DNA from: Anaeramoeba ignava BMAN
Lineage: Eukaryota > Protista > Anaeramoebae
Reading direction: 5' to 3'
NCBI GenBank assembly: GCA_028826165.1
Contig: JAPDFW010000086.1
Location: 257,245 to 321,244, forward strand
DNA length: 64,000 nt
This document shows, piece after piece, positions 47,401-57,500 of this stretch. The notes under the pieces are model-generated. The model was not told where the DNA came from. It did no database searches and saw nothing but the letters and a program-made list of their open reading frames with translations. The translations under genes and the position numbers were made by a program. The number at the start of each line of letters is the position of its first letter. Position 1 is the stretch's first letter.

Positions 47401-47449
47401 AACTAAGTTCTTTGGTATTATTTGTTTTGATTGCTTCCCAAATATCCAT
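44405..47449 (-). CDS. Long ankyrin-repeat (~20) + twin BTB protein (1014 aa)
   Basis: Repeated TPLHxAC/xxGADxN motifs. C-terminal BTB segments VHKTILLTRF and VHKLILIMRSDLFKAMF..DTSNQVHDYSGKSFE are shared with 5657-7180. Confidence 0.92.
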   Translation of the reverse strand: MDIWEAIKTNNTKELSSMNVKSFNEQRSNQKPMIIYAIEEQCSLETIKFLVEHGADLNETDKMQRNALHTAILNHVKIEVILYIIDKGVRIGANDNKNSTPLHYAILHLEGNERKKVTGLMIRKGVEVNAKNNQNETPLHLACQQNEIQVIRNLISHGAEVNVYNFIGETPLHLCFANQSLDMAKYLIQNGADLFAITTNQNRTCLHYACLESTNLQTVKFLVDKRLDVCARDFMGLTPLHLVCKQPNSLDIAQFLLTNGADLEANSREKESTPLHLAIAQNSIKLVQYLIQKYPKTSQSHLKSIFFFACEIEASLSIVRLIERYVDINKTKGNKLSSILHTVCNVHQSREILDFLVERKADVNAIDSNRNTPLHISCEREMMDFIKILVENHADVNILNNNKDTPLHIACRKNSIEIAKYLLENGANPKQKLKDFSSPMDLALRNDSFELVKLLFEHGFNLNEPIMYDVLPLHHACQSNSMEIIKFMVEKGADVHKKCKGKPPLVYLCVTRGFAEILQFFVDKGVDINEEYRNTSFFEYALEESTVEVVKFFINKGYDVNKLLSGSTPLHIALKRDSLDIVKLLIEKGANVNEVLSNNDISLHYSARYNSFDILKTLVEHGADCNARNTNMETPFHLACQFKSLDTLKFLVDHGADIHATTNDNQTSLHFAMRRKQISFRIIGYLVKKGNDINLEDKSGQTPISLAFRKGHLQLIHFLLLNGANFLNIKSSRIQKKTAKFLGFIYSFIQDMSKLMNLSEFSDYEIPNRDAEPIPVHKTILLTRFDNDKDLLQKFTNVCQQKPKEIVQWCVNFLYTGSHNPALYFQKIHKASRTKKKEDVFIRYLFSTKERSEQEKVVNKIEEEKRSNQEEAIRLVFEEIGLNQNWIKLKSGRFGLTRDLRELYHDESTKDFTIICEDQRIIRVHKLILIMRSDLFKAMFQLNVQDTSNQVHDYSGKSFEALNELIYFFYHDEVDKSKITKQVLEELRNAEEFYQLHRRTYLKLVINDLSRTLK

Positions 47450-47608
47450 TTAATTTTAATTTTAATTTTAATTTTAATTTTATTTATTTTTCTTTTGATA
47501 AACTTTTCAAAAAAAAAATGAAAATGAGAATTTCAAAATTTTATTTTTTTCCTCAATTAATTATTAATTATTAATTTAAATTAAATTTAAATTAAAACAA
47601 ATTAAAAA

Positions 47609-49651
47609 ATGATTCCTAAACCAAGTGCAATTTCATTAAAAATTTTTGAAGAAATGACTAAAATTCCAATTACTATAAATCAACAAAAAGATGTTTTATT
47701 CCAAGATCTTTCTTTACATTCTTTAGAATCAAACTCTGAATTTTCTTTTGATTTGAATTATTTTGAAGAACTTCCTGATGAACGTAAAAAGCAAATCAAA
47801 TCAAAAAAAAAAAAAGCAAAATAATTCATTTCTTTATTTTTTCTCCATTTAGTTTTATTATTAATTTTTTCTAAAATTCGAAAACCTTGTTATCTTGGTA
47901 TTTGTTCTTGTGTAAATCATCAATTTTATCGTGTTTCTAATGACTGGACAATTTGGAAACAAGTTTTAAAAGATTATCAAGATTCATTAGATTTTCAAAC
48001 TGTTCAACAAAATAAATACAATTCTACCATATCAGCATATGGTATTCAAAATCTAAATCTTTAATGAAATATAAATATAAATATAAATCTAAATCTAAAT
48101 CTAAATATAAATATAAATATAAATCTAAATATAAATCTAAATATAAATATAAATCTAAATTTAAATATAAATATAAATATAAATCTAAATATAAATCTAA
48201 ATATAAATATAAATCTAAATATAAATATAAATATAAATATAAATATAAATCTAAATCTAAATATAAATATAAATCTAAATCTAAATATAAATATAAATAT
48301 AAATATAAATATAAATATAAATATAAATATAAATATATAAATATATAAATATAAATATAAAATAAATAAATATAAATCTAAAAATATAAATATAAATATA
48401 AAATATAAATTAAAATGAAATGAATCTAAATAAATATAAATAAATATAAATCTTTAATGAAATATAAATATAAATATAAATCTAAATATAAATATAAATC
48501 TAAATATAAATATAAATATAAATATAAATATAAATATAAATATTTAAAATAAATTTAAATATAAATATAAATCTAAATTTAAAATTCAAAAAGGTCAAAT
48601 TGGATTGAGAGATTATTTTGCAAACAAATCATCAATCAATCAAGATTTTAATGAAAGTGATGATTCTGATCAAAATCTTATTGATCATACAGAACTTAAA
48701 ATAAAAAAAATGGAAGAAAAATTTGCGAAAGAAATCAATACAAATCCAAAACAAATATTTGTTCAAAAAATCAATGAATTAAGAAAAGCAATCCAAATGG
48801 GAAATGAAAGAAAAAAAAGAGAATCTATTGCAAAAATTTATATGAATATTAATGATGTTTTATTACATCCTTTATTTTTGATTCTGAGCTTTTTTATATT
48901 TCTTGTTTTGACTCCACTTCTAGCAGCTTTAAAACTTGAAAACAAAATCAAGAAAAGTTGGTTTTTAGTTTTGATTCCAACTTTTGTATCTTTAGTTTAT
49001 TCTTCTGTTTCTGGATTTTGCTTGAAAGAAGAAAGTTATTTAGATTTTATTACAGAATATTATTTAGGTTTTGGAATGTTATTTTCTCCACCTTTCATTT
49101 TGGTTTTTATTGTTCTCGTTGTTTTAAAGTTTGAATATTTTGATTCAATTTTGATGGTTTATTCTTTGATTCCTTTATTGTTTCTTGTTGTTTTTTTGGC
49201 TTATCCAAGTCTCAAGAATTTTTATGCTAAAAGTGATACTCAATTCAAATCTTCTTTTTATGAAGATCAATTGTTTTTTTTTGGATTTCCTGTTTCTGGA
49301 ATTGTTCTTTTTATTGCAATGATTTTTTTTTCTATTGGGATTGATTTCAAAAAATCTGATAATGGATTAATTATTGCTGGATTTGCTATTTTAATGGGTT
49401 TTGGTTTATATGGTTTAATTGGGATGATTTTTGGCATTTTTTCTAAGAAAAGCAACATTTCAAAAACTTTTTATGTGATTTGTATTTTTGAATTTTTGTT
49501 TGCTTGTGTTTTTATTGCTTCTGAAGTGATGCTTATGTTGAATTTGGTTTTTAATTTTTCTATTTCTTATTTTTTTGTTTTTATTCCTTTTTTTATTGTT
49601 TTTGGTTTCACAACATTGTTTTTGTTAGGGTTTTGGTGGAAAAATTTTTAA
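47609..49651 (+). CDS. F-box + multi-pass membrane (TMEM185/TMEM60-like) protein, ~473 aa (exons 47609-47783, 47853-48041, 48594-49651)
   Basis: Splicing a 69-nt intron builds the F-box FEELPDELLLLIFSKIRKPCYLGICSCVNHQFYRVSNDWTIWK. A second phase-1 intron joins the hydrophobic ORF carrying LKLE...SWFLVLIP-type repeats. Confidence 0.8.
48042..48593 (+). repeat. 552-nt intron filled with AAATAT/AAATCT hexamers
   Basis: GT..AG restores frame. The YK/SK ORF 48064-48348 is a repeat artefact. Confidence 0.85.
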
Positions 49652-49679
49652 AACCAAATTAAAATTCAATCAAATTTAA

Positions 49680-50355
49680 TTTAAAATTAATTTAAAATAA
49701 AATAAATAAAAAGTGGAATTAATTTATAAAATATATTTTAAAATAAAAATATAAATAAATTATTAATTAATTATTATTTAAAATATTGAAATAAATTTAA
49801 TCAAAATTAATTTAAAATAAAAAGTGGAATAAAATAAATAAAAAGTGGAATTAATTTATAAATTATATTTTAAAATAAAAATATAAATAAATTATTAATT
49901 AATTATTATTTAAAATATTGAAATAAATTTAATCAAAATTAATTTAAAATTAATTTAAAATTAATTTAAAATAAAATAAATAAAAAGTGGAATTAATTTA
50001 TAAAAATATATTTTAAAATAAAAATATAAATAAATTATTAATTAATTATTATTTAAAAATTGAAATAAATTTAATTAATTTATATTTTAAAATAAAAAGT
50101 GGAATAAATTAAATAAAAAGTGGAATTAATTTATAAATTATATTTTAAAATAAAAATATAAATAAAAATTATTAATTTTAATTATTATTTAAAATAAAAA
50201 TATGAAATAAATTATTAATTAATTAAAATAAATTTAAAATAAAAAGTGGAATAAATTAAATAAAAAGTGGAATTAATTTATAAAATATATTTTAAAATAA
50301 AAATATAAATAAATTATTAATTAATTATTATTTAAAATATTGAAATAAATTTAAT
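49680..50355. repeat. ~130-147-bp AT-rich tandem repeat, ~5 copies (family C, aaaagtggaat anchor)
   Basis: aaaagtggaattaatttata recurs near 49710, 49841, 49984, 50116 and 50263. Confidence 0.8.
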
Positions 50356-51199
50356 TAAAAAAATTGGAATAGAAATGAGTAAAAAATTAATAGAAATGAG
50401 TAATTATTAGTTTAAAAAAATTTTTTTTTTAATTTAAATAAAATTAAATTTCATTTTTTTATTTTAATTGAACTTATTTGAACTTATTTGAACAACATTA
50501 ACAAGTTTACCTTTTTAAATTAAAAACAAAAAAAAAATAAAATTAAATTTATCAAGTTAAATTTTAAAAATTTTAATTTAAAATTTTATTGAAATCTAAT
50601 TTAAATCTAATTTTAATTAAAAATAGAAATTGATTTAAAAATCCAATTAGACAATTAAAAAGAAAATCCTATTAGAAAATTGAATTAAAAATTGAATTAC
50701 AAATTAAAGTTGTTGATTTATGTTCAATTCAATTCAATTCAATATTCAATTCAATTCAATTCAATTTAATTTAATTCAAAACAATAATAGAAAAAAATAT
50801 TGTTTTTTAAATTATGAAACAAGTTAAAAAATAGAAATGATAATAATTTGATAAATAAAAATAAAAAGAATGTTTAAATTTGATTTTATAATTTATTTTT
50901 TATTAATCTTTTTTTTTTGTTTATGTTTTTTTTTTGTTAAATTTTATTATTAAATTTAAAAATAATTTTAATAAACAATTTCTATTTAAAATTTTTAATT
51001 CGTTACTTTATTTAAATTTTTAAAGCAATTTTTAAAGCGATTTTCAAATAGAAATTTAGGATTGGAATCATTTAAAAAAACAACAAAAAGGAAAAAAAAA
51101 GAAAAAAAAATTTTTAAAAATAATAAGTCATTTTTACTTTTTAAATTAAAAAGATAAAGAATTTCTTAATTAAAAAAAGAAAAAATTTTATAAAAGAAA

Positions 51200-51221
51200 A
51201 TGCAACAAAACAATCAAAATC

Positions 51222-51255
<34 letters not shown>

Positions 51256-54200
51256 TCAAAACGAAAATGAAAATGAAAATGAAAATCAAACTAAAATTAA
51301 AAAAAAAGGTTTTGAAATTAATGAAGAAGCTGGACAAGTAATAACTTTTGAAGATGATGAAAATTTTGTATTTGAAGATGCGATTGATTTTGGAGTTTTT
51401 GTTGTAAATAAATTAAAAAAAAATTTCAAATAAAAAATCAATTAAAAATTTAAATAAAAAAAAATTTTCAATTAAATTAAATTAAAAAGAGAGATGTTGC
51501 TAGAGGTGTAACTGATGAAGAATTTCGTAAAGCTTTTGAATCTATTGGTAATATCCATAGTGCAAAAGTTGTTAAAGATAAAATTACTGGAAGAACAAGA
51601 GGTTTTGGATTTGTTCGTTTTTATGATAAAGAATCTGTTCAAAAATGTTTAGATATGATTAAAAAACCAATTTTTCAAGATCAAATTACAGGAAAATTGT
51701 AAATAATATTTCTTATTGATGTTATTGGATTGAGATTTAATATTCAATTCAATTCAATTCAATATTCAATTCAATTCAATTCAATTCAATTTAATTCAAT
51801 ATTTAATATTCAATTAATTCAATATTTAATTCAATTCAATTTAATTCAATTCAATTTAATTCAATTCAATTCAATTCAATTTAATATTCAATATTCAATA
51901 TTCAATTCAATTTAATATTCAATATTCAATTCAATTTCAATATTCAATATTCATTATTTATTCAATATTCAATTCCAATATTCAATATTCAATTCAATAT
52001 TCAATTCAATATTCAATTCAATTCAATTCCAATTCATTTTAATATTCAATTCAAGATTCAATATTCATTCATATTCAATTCAATTCAATATTCACCAATC
52101 AATTCCAATTCCAATTATACCAAATAATTTTTATTTTAATATTCAATATTCAATATTCAATATTTCAATTCAATTCAATTCAATTTAAATATTTAATATT
52201 CCAATATTCAATTCAATTTAATATTCAATATTCAATATTCAATATTCAATATTCAATTCAATTCAATTCAATTCAATTCGATTCAATTCAATTCAATTAT
52301 TCAATTCCAATTTTCAATTCCATTTTAATTCAATTCAATTTTTTAATATTCAATTTAATATTTAATATTCAATTCAATTTAATATTCAATATTTTATTCC
52401 AAATTTAATTCATTCAATTTATTCAATTCAATTCAATATTCAATATTTAATATTCAATTCATTATTCAATATTCAATATTCAATATTATTCAATATTTTA
52501 TTCAAATTATTCAATATTCACCATTCCATTCAATTCAATTCAATTCAATTTCAATTCAATATTCAATTCAATAACTTCAATATTCGATATTATTCAATAT
52601 TCAATATTCAATATTCATTCAATATTCAATATTCATATTATTCAATATTCCAATATTCAATATTTAATTCAAATTTAATTAAATTTCAAATTTATTCAAT
52701 TTCAATTTCAATTCCAATTTAATTCAATTCAATTTCAATTCAATTCAATTCAATATTCAATATTTTAATATTCAAATTCATTCAATTCAATTCAATTATT
52801 CAATTTAATTTAATATTCAATTCAATATTCAATATTCAATATTCAATATTCAATTCAATATTCAATATTCAATTCAATTCAATTCAATTCAATTCAATTT
52901 AATTCAATTCAATTCAATTCAATTCAATTCAATTTAATTCAATATTCAATATTCAATATTCAATATTCAATATTCAATATTCAATTCAATTCAATTCAAT
53001 TCAATTTAATATTCAAATTAATTCAATTTAATATTCAATTCAATTTAATATTTAATTCAATTTAATATTCAATTCAATTCAATTTAATTCAATATTTAAT
53101 TAAATTCATTTTTAATATTTAATTAAATTTATTTTAAATATTATTTTCAATATTCAATTAAATTCATTTTTAATATTATTTTTAATTAGCCAAGAAGTCC
53201 AAATCAATTTAATCGATCCAAAAAATAAACTTTTTATTGGAAAAATCCCTCGTAATTTTACAGAAGAAGAAACTAAACAAGAAATTGAAAAAGTAGCAGG
53301 AGTTCCTTTAGAAAGTTTTGATCTCGCATACAGTAGTGATGGAAAATCTAAATCTTATGGATGGGCAACATTTAAAACAAATAAATTAGCTTCACAAGCT
53401 TTAAAAAATATAACAAGATCAGCAACTCTTGGAATGTCTGATTTATTTGCCTCTTTTGCACAAATAAAAGCACAAGATCCAAGAATTGTGTATAATTTCA
53501 ACATTAAGACAAGAACAGCAATTTGAATATTTATTTATTGAAGTTTTTTAATTTTGATTTGGATTAAAAAAAAAATATAAATATAAAAATATAATTTTCA
53601 AACATAGTTTAAGTGTGAAAACTCTATTTATTAAAGGTGTTCCAGGAGAAACTCGAGAAGATGAAATATACAATCTATTTGGAGGATCAGTAACAGGAAT
53701 TGAAAGAGTCAAAATTCCGCTGGACAAGTTAACATCAAGACCACTTGGACATGCGATTATTAATTTTAAAACAAGAAAACAAGCCGAAGAGGCAATAGAT
53801 AAATATCAAGGACATCAATTCAAAGGAAGAATGCTGAAAATTGAATGGTGTATTCCTCAAGATCAAAAACTAAAACAAAAACGATTTTCAAACTATTATC
53901 AAAATCAAACATTTGGAGCTCAGCAATTCCATCCCTATTCACCCTATCAAAGAAATAGATACACACAACAAAATCCTGGGATGATGGGAATGAATCCAAA
54001 TCAAAGTTACTATTATAATCAAAAGGGATATCAAAATTACAATCAATCTTATGGAAACAATTATTATTCAAAATCTTCTAAAAATCAATACAATCAAAAT
54101 TATCAATCAGCTTATCAACAACCAACTTATCATTCAAATTATCATCACTCAGTTTATCCAAATCAGACTAGTTATCAACAAACTACTTATCCTAGTCAAT

Positions 54201-54331
54201 CAAATTATCAACAATCAAATTATCAACAATCAAATTATCAACAATCAAATTTAAATTCGCAAACTTCTACTTATCAACAATCATCAAATCAATCAACTTT
54301 TCAACCAAATTTTCAACCAAATCAAAGATAA
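51200..54331 (+). CDS. 3xRRM RNA-binding protein, hnRNP Q/R (SYNCRIP/A1CF)-like, with Q/N/Y-rich tail, ~478 aa (exons 51200-51403, 51490-51698, 53190-53489, 53608-54331)
   Basis: Three GT-AG introns keep frame. RRM1 GVFVRDV..RGFGFVRF, RRM2 NKLFIGKIPRNFTEEE..SYGWATF, RRM3 VKTLFIKGV..GHAIINF. Confidence 0.85.
51699..53189 (+). repeat. 1491-nt intron filled with AATTC/AATATTC repeats
   Basis: Phase-2 GT..AG restores frame. Interior is a degenerate pentamer/heptamer repeat. Confidence 0.85.
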
Positions 54332-54514
54332 AATTTAAAATTTAAAATTTAAAAATTTAAAATTTAAAATTTAAAAGAAAAGAAAATATTATTTTTCTTT
54401 TTTTCTTTTTAATTCATTTTCCAAAAACAAAATAAAAAATCAAAATTCAAAATTCAAAATTCAAAATTCAAATTTTAATTCTTTTTTTCTTTCTTTGATT
54501 GATTAATAAGAAAT

Positions 54515-57500
54515 TCATAAGAAAAGTAATATTATTTTTCCTTGTGAAGTTCCAACCAAAATAAATCTCCAAACTTCATAAAAACGAAGTGAAATAACTG
54601 AATCATCAACTTCAAATGTTTGAATTAAAGAGAAATCATGTAAATTATACAAATGAATATTCTTTTGTTCAGTTCCAACAACCAAAATTTTTGAATCATT
54701 TGAAACATCCAAACATTTAATATTTTCTAATAATTTCCTTTTCATTATCAAAGTAGCATTTAATGAATAAACAGACAAAACATGATCACTTTCTGAAAAA
54801 GTGACAATAAAACCGTCTTTTGTGATTTTCAATAGCGTTAAAGGTGAAAAATTTTCATTCACAATTGTTCGAACATATTTTCCTTCTAAAAGTGTGTGAA
54901 TGATACAAGTTCCATCTTCTGAACCACTTATAACAACATCCAAATCAACAGAAATATCCAAACAAGTTACTGAACTATCATGTCCATAAAAAACATGAAC
55001 AGGATTTGTATCGATTTTTTCCTGTTCTTCATTAAATCTCCAAATCATAATTGTTGTGTCATATGATCCTGTTGCAAGATATCCAGAATCATAACTTAAA
55101 CAACTCACAATGTCTGAATGATGTGTTATGCTTTGTAATAATTTCATTTTTTCGATATCAGTCACTTTGAAACTATCATCCCAATATCCACAACTAAATA
55201 AAAGTGGTCGTTCACTAACAAAATAAAAGCAATTTGCAAAATTGTTCATTTTGGGTGAATAAGAATATCCGATTTGGCTTCGATTGTCGTATTGCGCATC
55301 TGGTTTAAATGGGAATAAATATTTTGGATTGTCCGATTTTTTTTGATATGCAATTTTTTTGGATTTTGATTTTGATTTTGAATTTTCATTTTCATTTTCA
55401 TTTTCATTTTGGTTTTCATTTCCATTTCCATTTTCATTTTCTTCTTCTATATTAAATTCCATTTCTTTTGTGAAAGTTTTATATGGTGATAGTGAACATG
55501 AATGCATTCCTACATTTCTATTCTCATCAATTGTTAATATTTTATCGGATATTCCCATGAAAGAAAATAATTCATCTGCTTTTGAAAAATAAACAAAAAT
55601 AATCGGAGATTTAGCGACTTTTGAGCTAAATTTCCTGTATCTTTGGTCGCTTTTCAATCTCCAATATAAAGTTAGATCCAAAATATTATGAATGACTTGT
55701 TTTATTGGTAATCTTTGAGGATGCTTTTGTCTGAATATTTGTGATGGTGTTTGTCCAAAATGTTCAATTTGTAATTCAATTGATTTTTTCTCATTTGATG
55801 AATTTATGTTTTCAAAATTTATTGAGTTTTCATAAGTAAGATAATAAAACATATTAAACGCTTTGATTGCTTTTTTTCCTCTTTGTTTATATCCAAATAT
55901 CAAATCAATCCATTTGTCAATATTTTGAGAAACAAATTCACTTTCTAATGCTTCTTTTTGTATTCTTATAAATTCTTCTGGTGTTTTTGCCCATGGAGGA
56001 AGTAAACAATCTCCAATTTGGATTTGTGATCTTTGTCTTTTTCCAAGATTGTATTTGTTTTTGTTAGAAAGAAATTCTGGAAGATAATAGAATTCAGGAA
56101 TGAGTTCTTTAACATCTGATGTACTTGTTTGACAAATATTCCAAGCTTCAGCAATTGAATTAAAAACTCTATCAGCTTGATCGAATTTTCCACCTTGAAG
56201 ATAAACATGTAATCCAGTAAAGGGTTCCAATCTAATTAAGTAGTAAAGCAATCCACCTATTTTATTTTAAATATTTTTAAATAATTTTAAATATTTTTAA
56301 TTTTAAATTTAATTTTAATTTTAAATAATTTTAAATATTTGATTTAATTTCATTTTAAATATTTGATTTAATTTAATTTGATTTGATTTAATTTTAATTT
56401 TAATTTTAAATAATTTTAAATATTTGATTTAATTTTAAATATTTAATTTGATTTAATTTGATTTAATTTGATTTAATTTGATTTGATTTAATTTGATTTG
56501 ATTTAATTTTAAATAATTTTAAATCGATTTTAAATTTCACACCAGAACTAGAATAATGAGAACCATAATGAAATGGTGGTGTATCTCCTTGCTTCAACTG
56601 AAAATCAAATCTATTCTTGAAAATTTCAAGTCTTTCTTCATTCATAGCTCCAATAGGCTTAGATAAATCACGATAAATTTTTGGATCATGTAAATCAATT
56701 TCCAAAGATGTATAATCAGAAAGAATCCAAGGAAAAACAGGATATTGAGAAACATCATTATAAGAACGATTAGCAATAGTGTTCAATTTCATTAAATATT
56801 CAAAATTACTCATTTCCCATTTTTGCCACTTTTGAGTATATTGAGATTGTTCAATCCATTTTTGAGGATCGCCAGTTTCAAATTCAATAACCAAATTGCT
56901 TGGTTTTATATTGATAATCCTTTCGTAAACTTCATCTCTTACTCCCTTTGAAAAATTAATAAAAAAACTCTTCTTGTTGATCAGAAAAAACTCAAGTGCT
57001 GTTTGTTGATGTAAATATCTTCTTTTATAAATTGTTTTCAGTTGATTTAACGGCCATGACTTGTTTTTATTTTCTTTGGGATGTTTCGCTGATTGGAATT
57101 TATTTCCTGTTTGTTTCCCAATCTTTTCTTTTTTTTGGAAATTCCCTAATCTTTTAATATTATCAATTTGTGTTTTTTCCTCAATTTTAGGATCAACAAT
57201 AAAACTTAAATATTGTTTTGTTAAAACAAATCTTCCGGGACAAGATTTCATTGGACTAACAAATCTACATTTAGTTGTGTAAATAAACTCAAGTTGTTGA
57301 ATAAATTGGCGTTCTTCTTGTTCTTCTTGTTTTTCTTCAGGATCTTCTTTTTGGAAATGATCCGATTCAAATTCAGATTCTGTTTGTGATTGCTCAACAG
57401 AAATCATGATTTGGGATGTGTTTGATTTATCTGATAAATATCCTTGATTATTATCATTATTATTGCTATTATTGTTATTATTGTTATTATTATTTTCATT

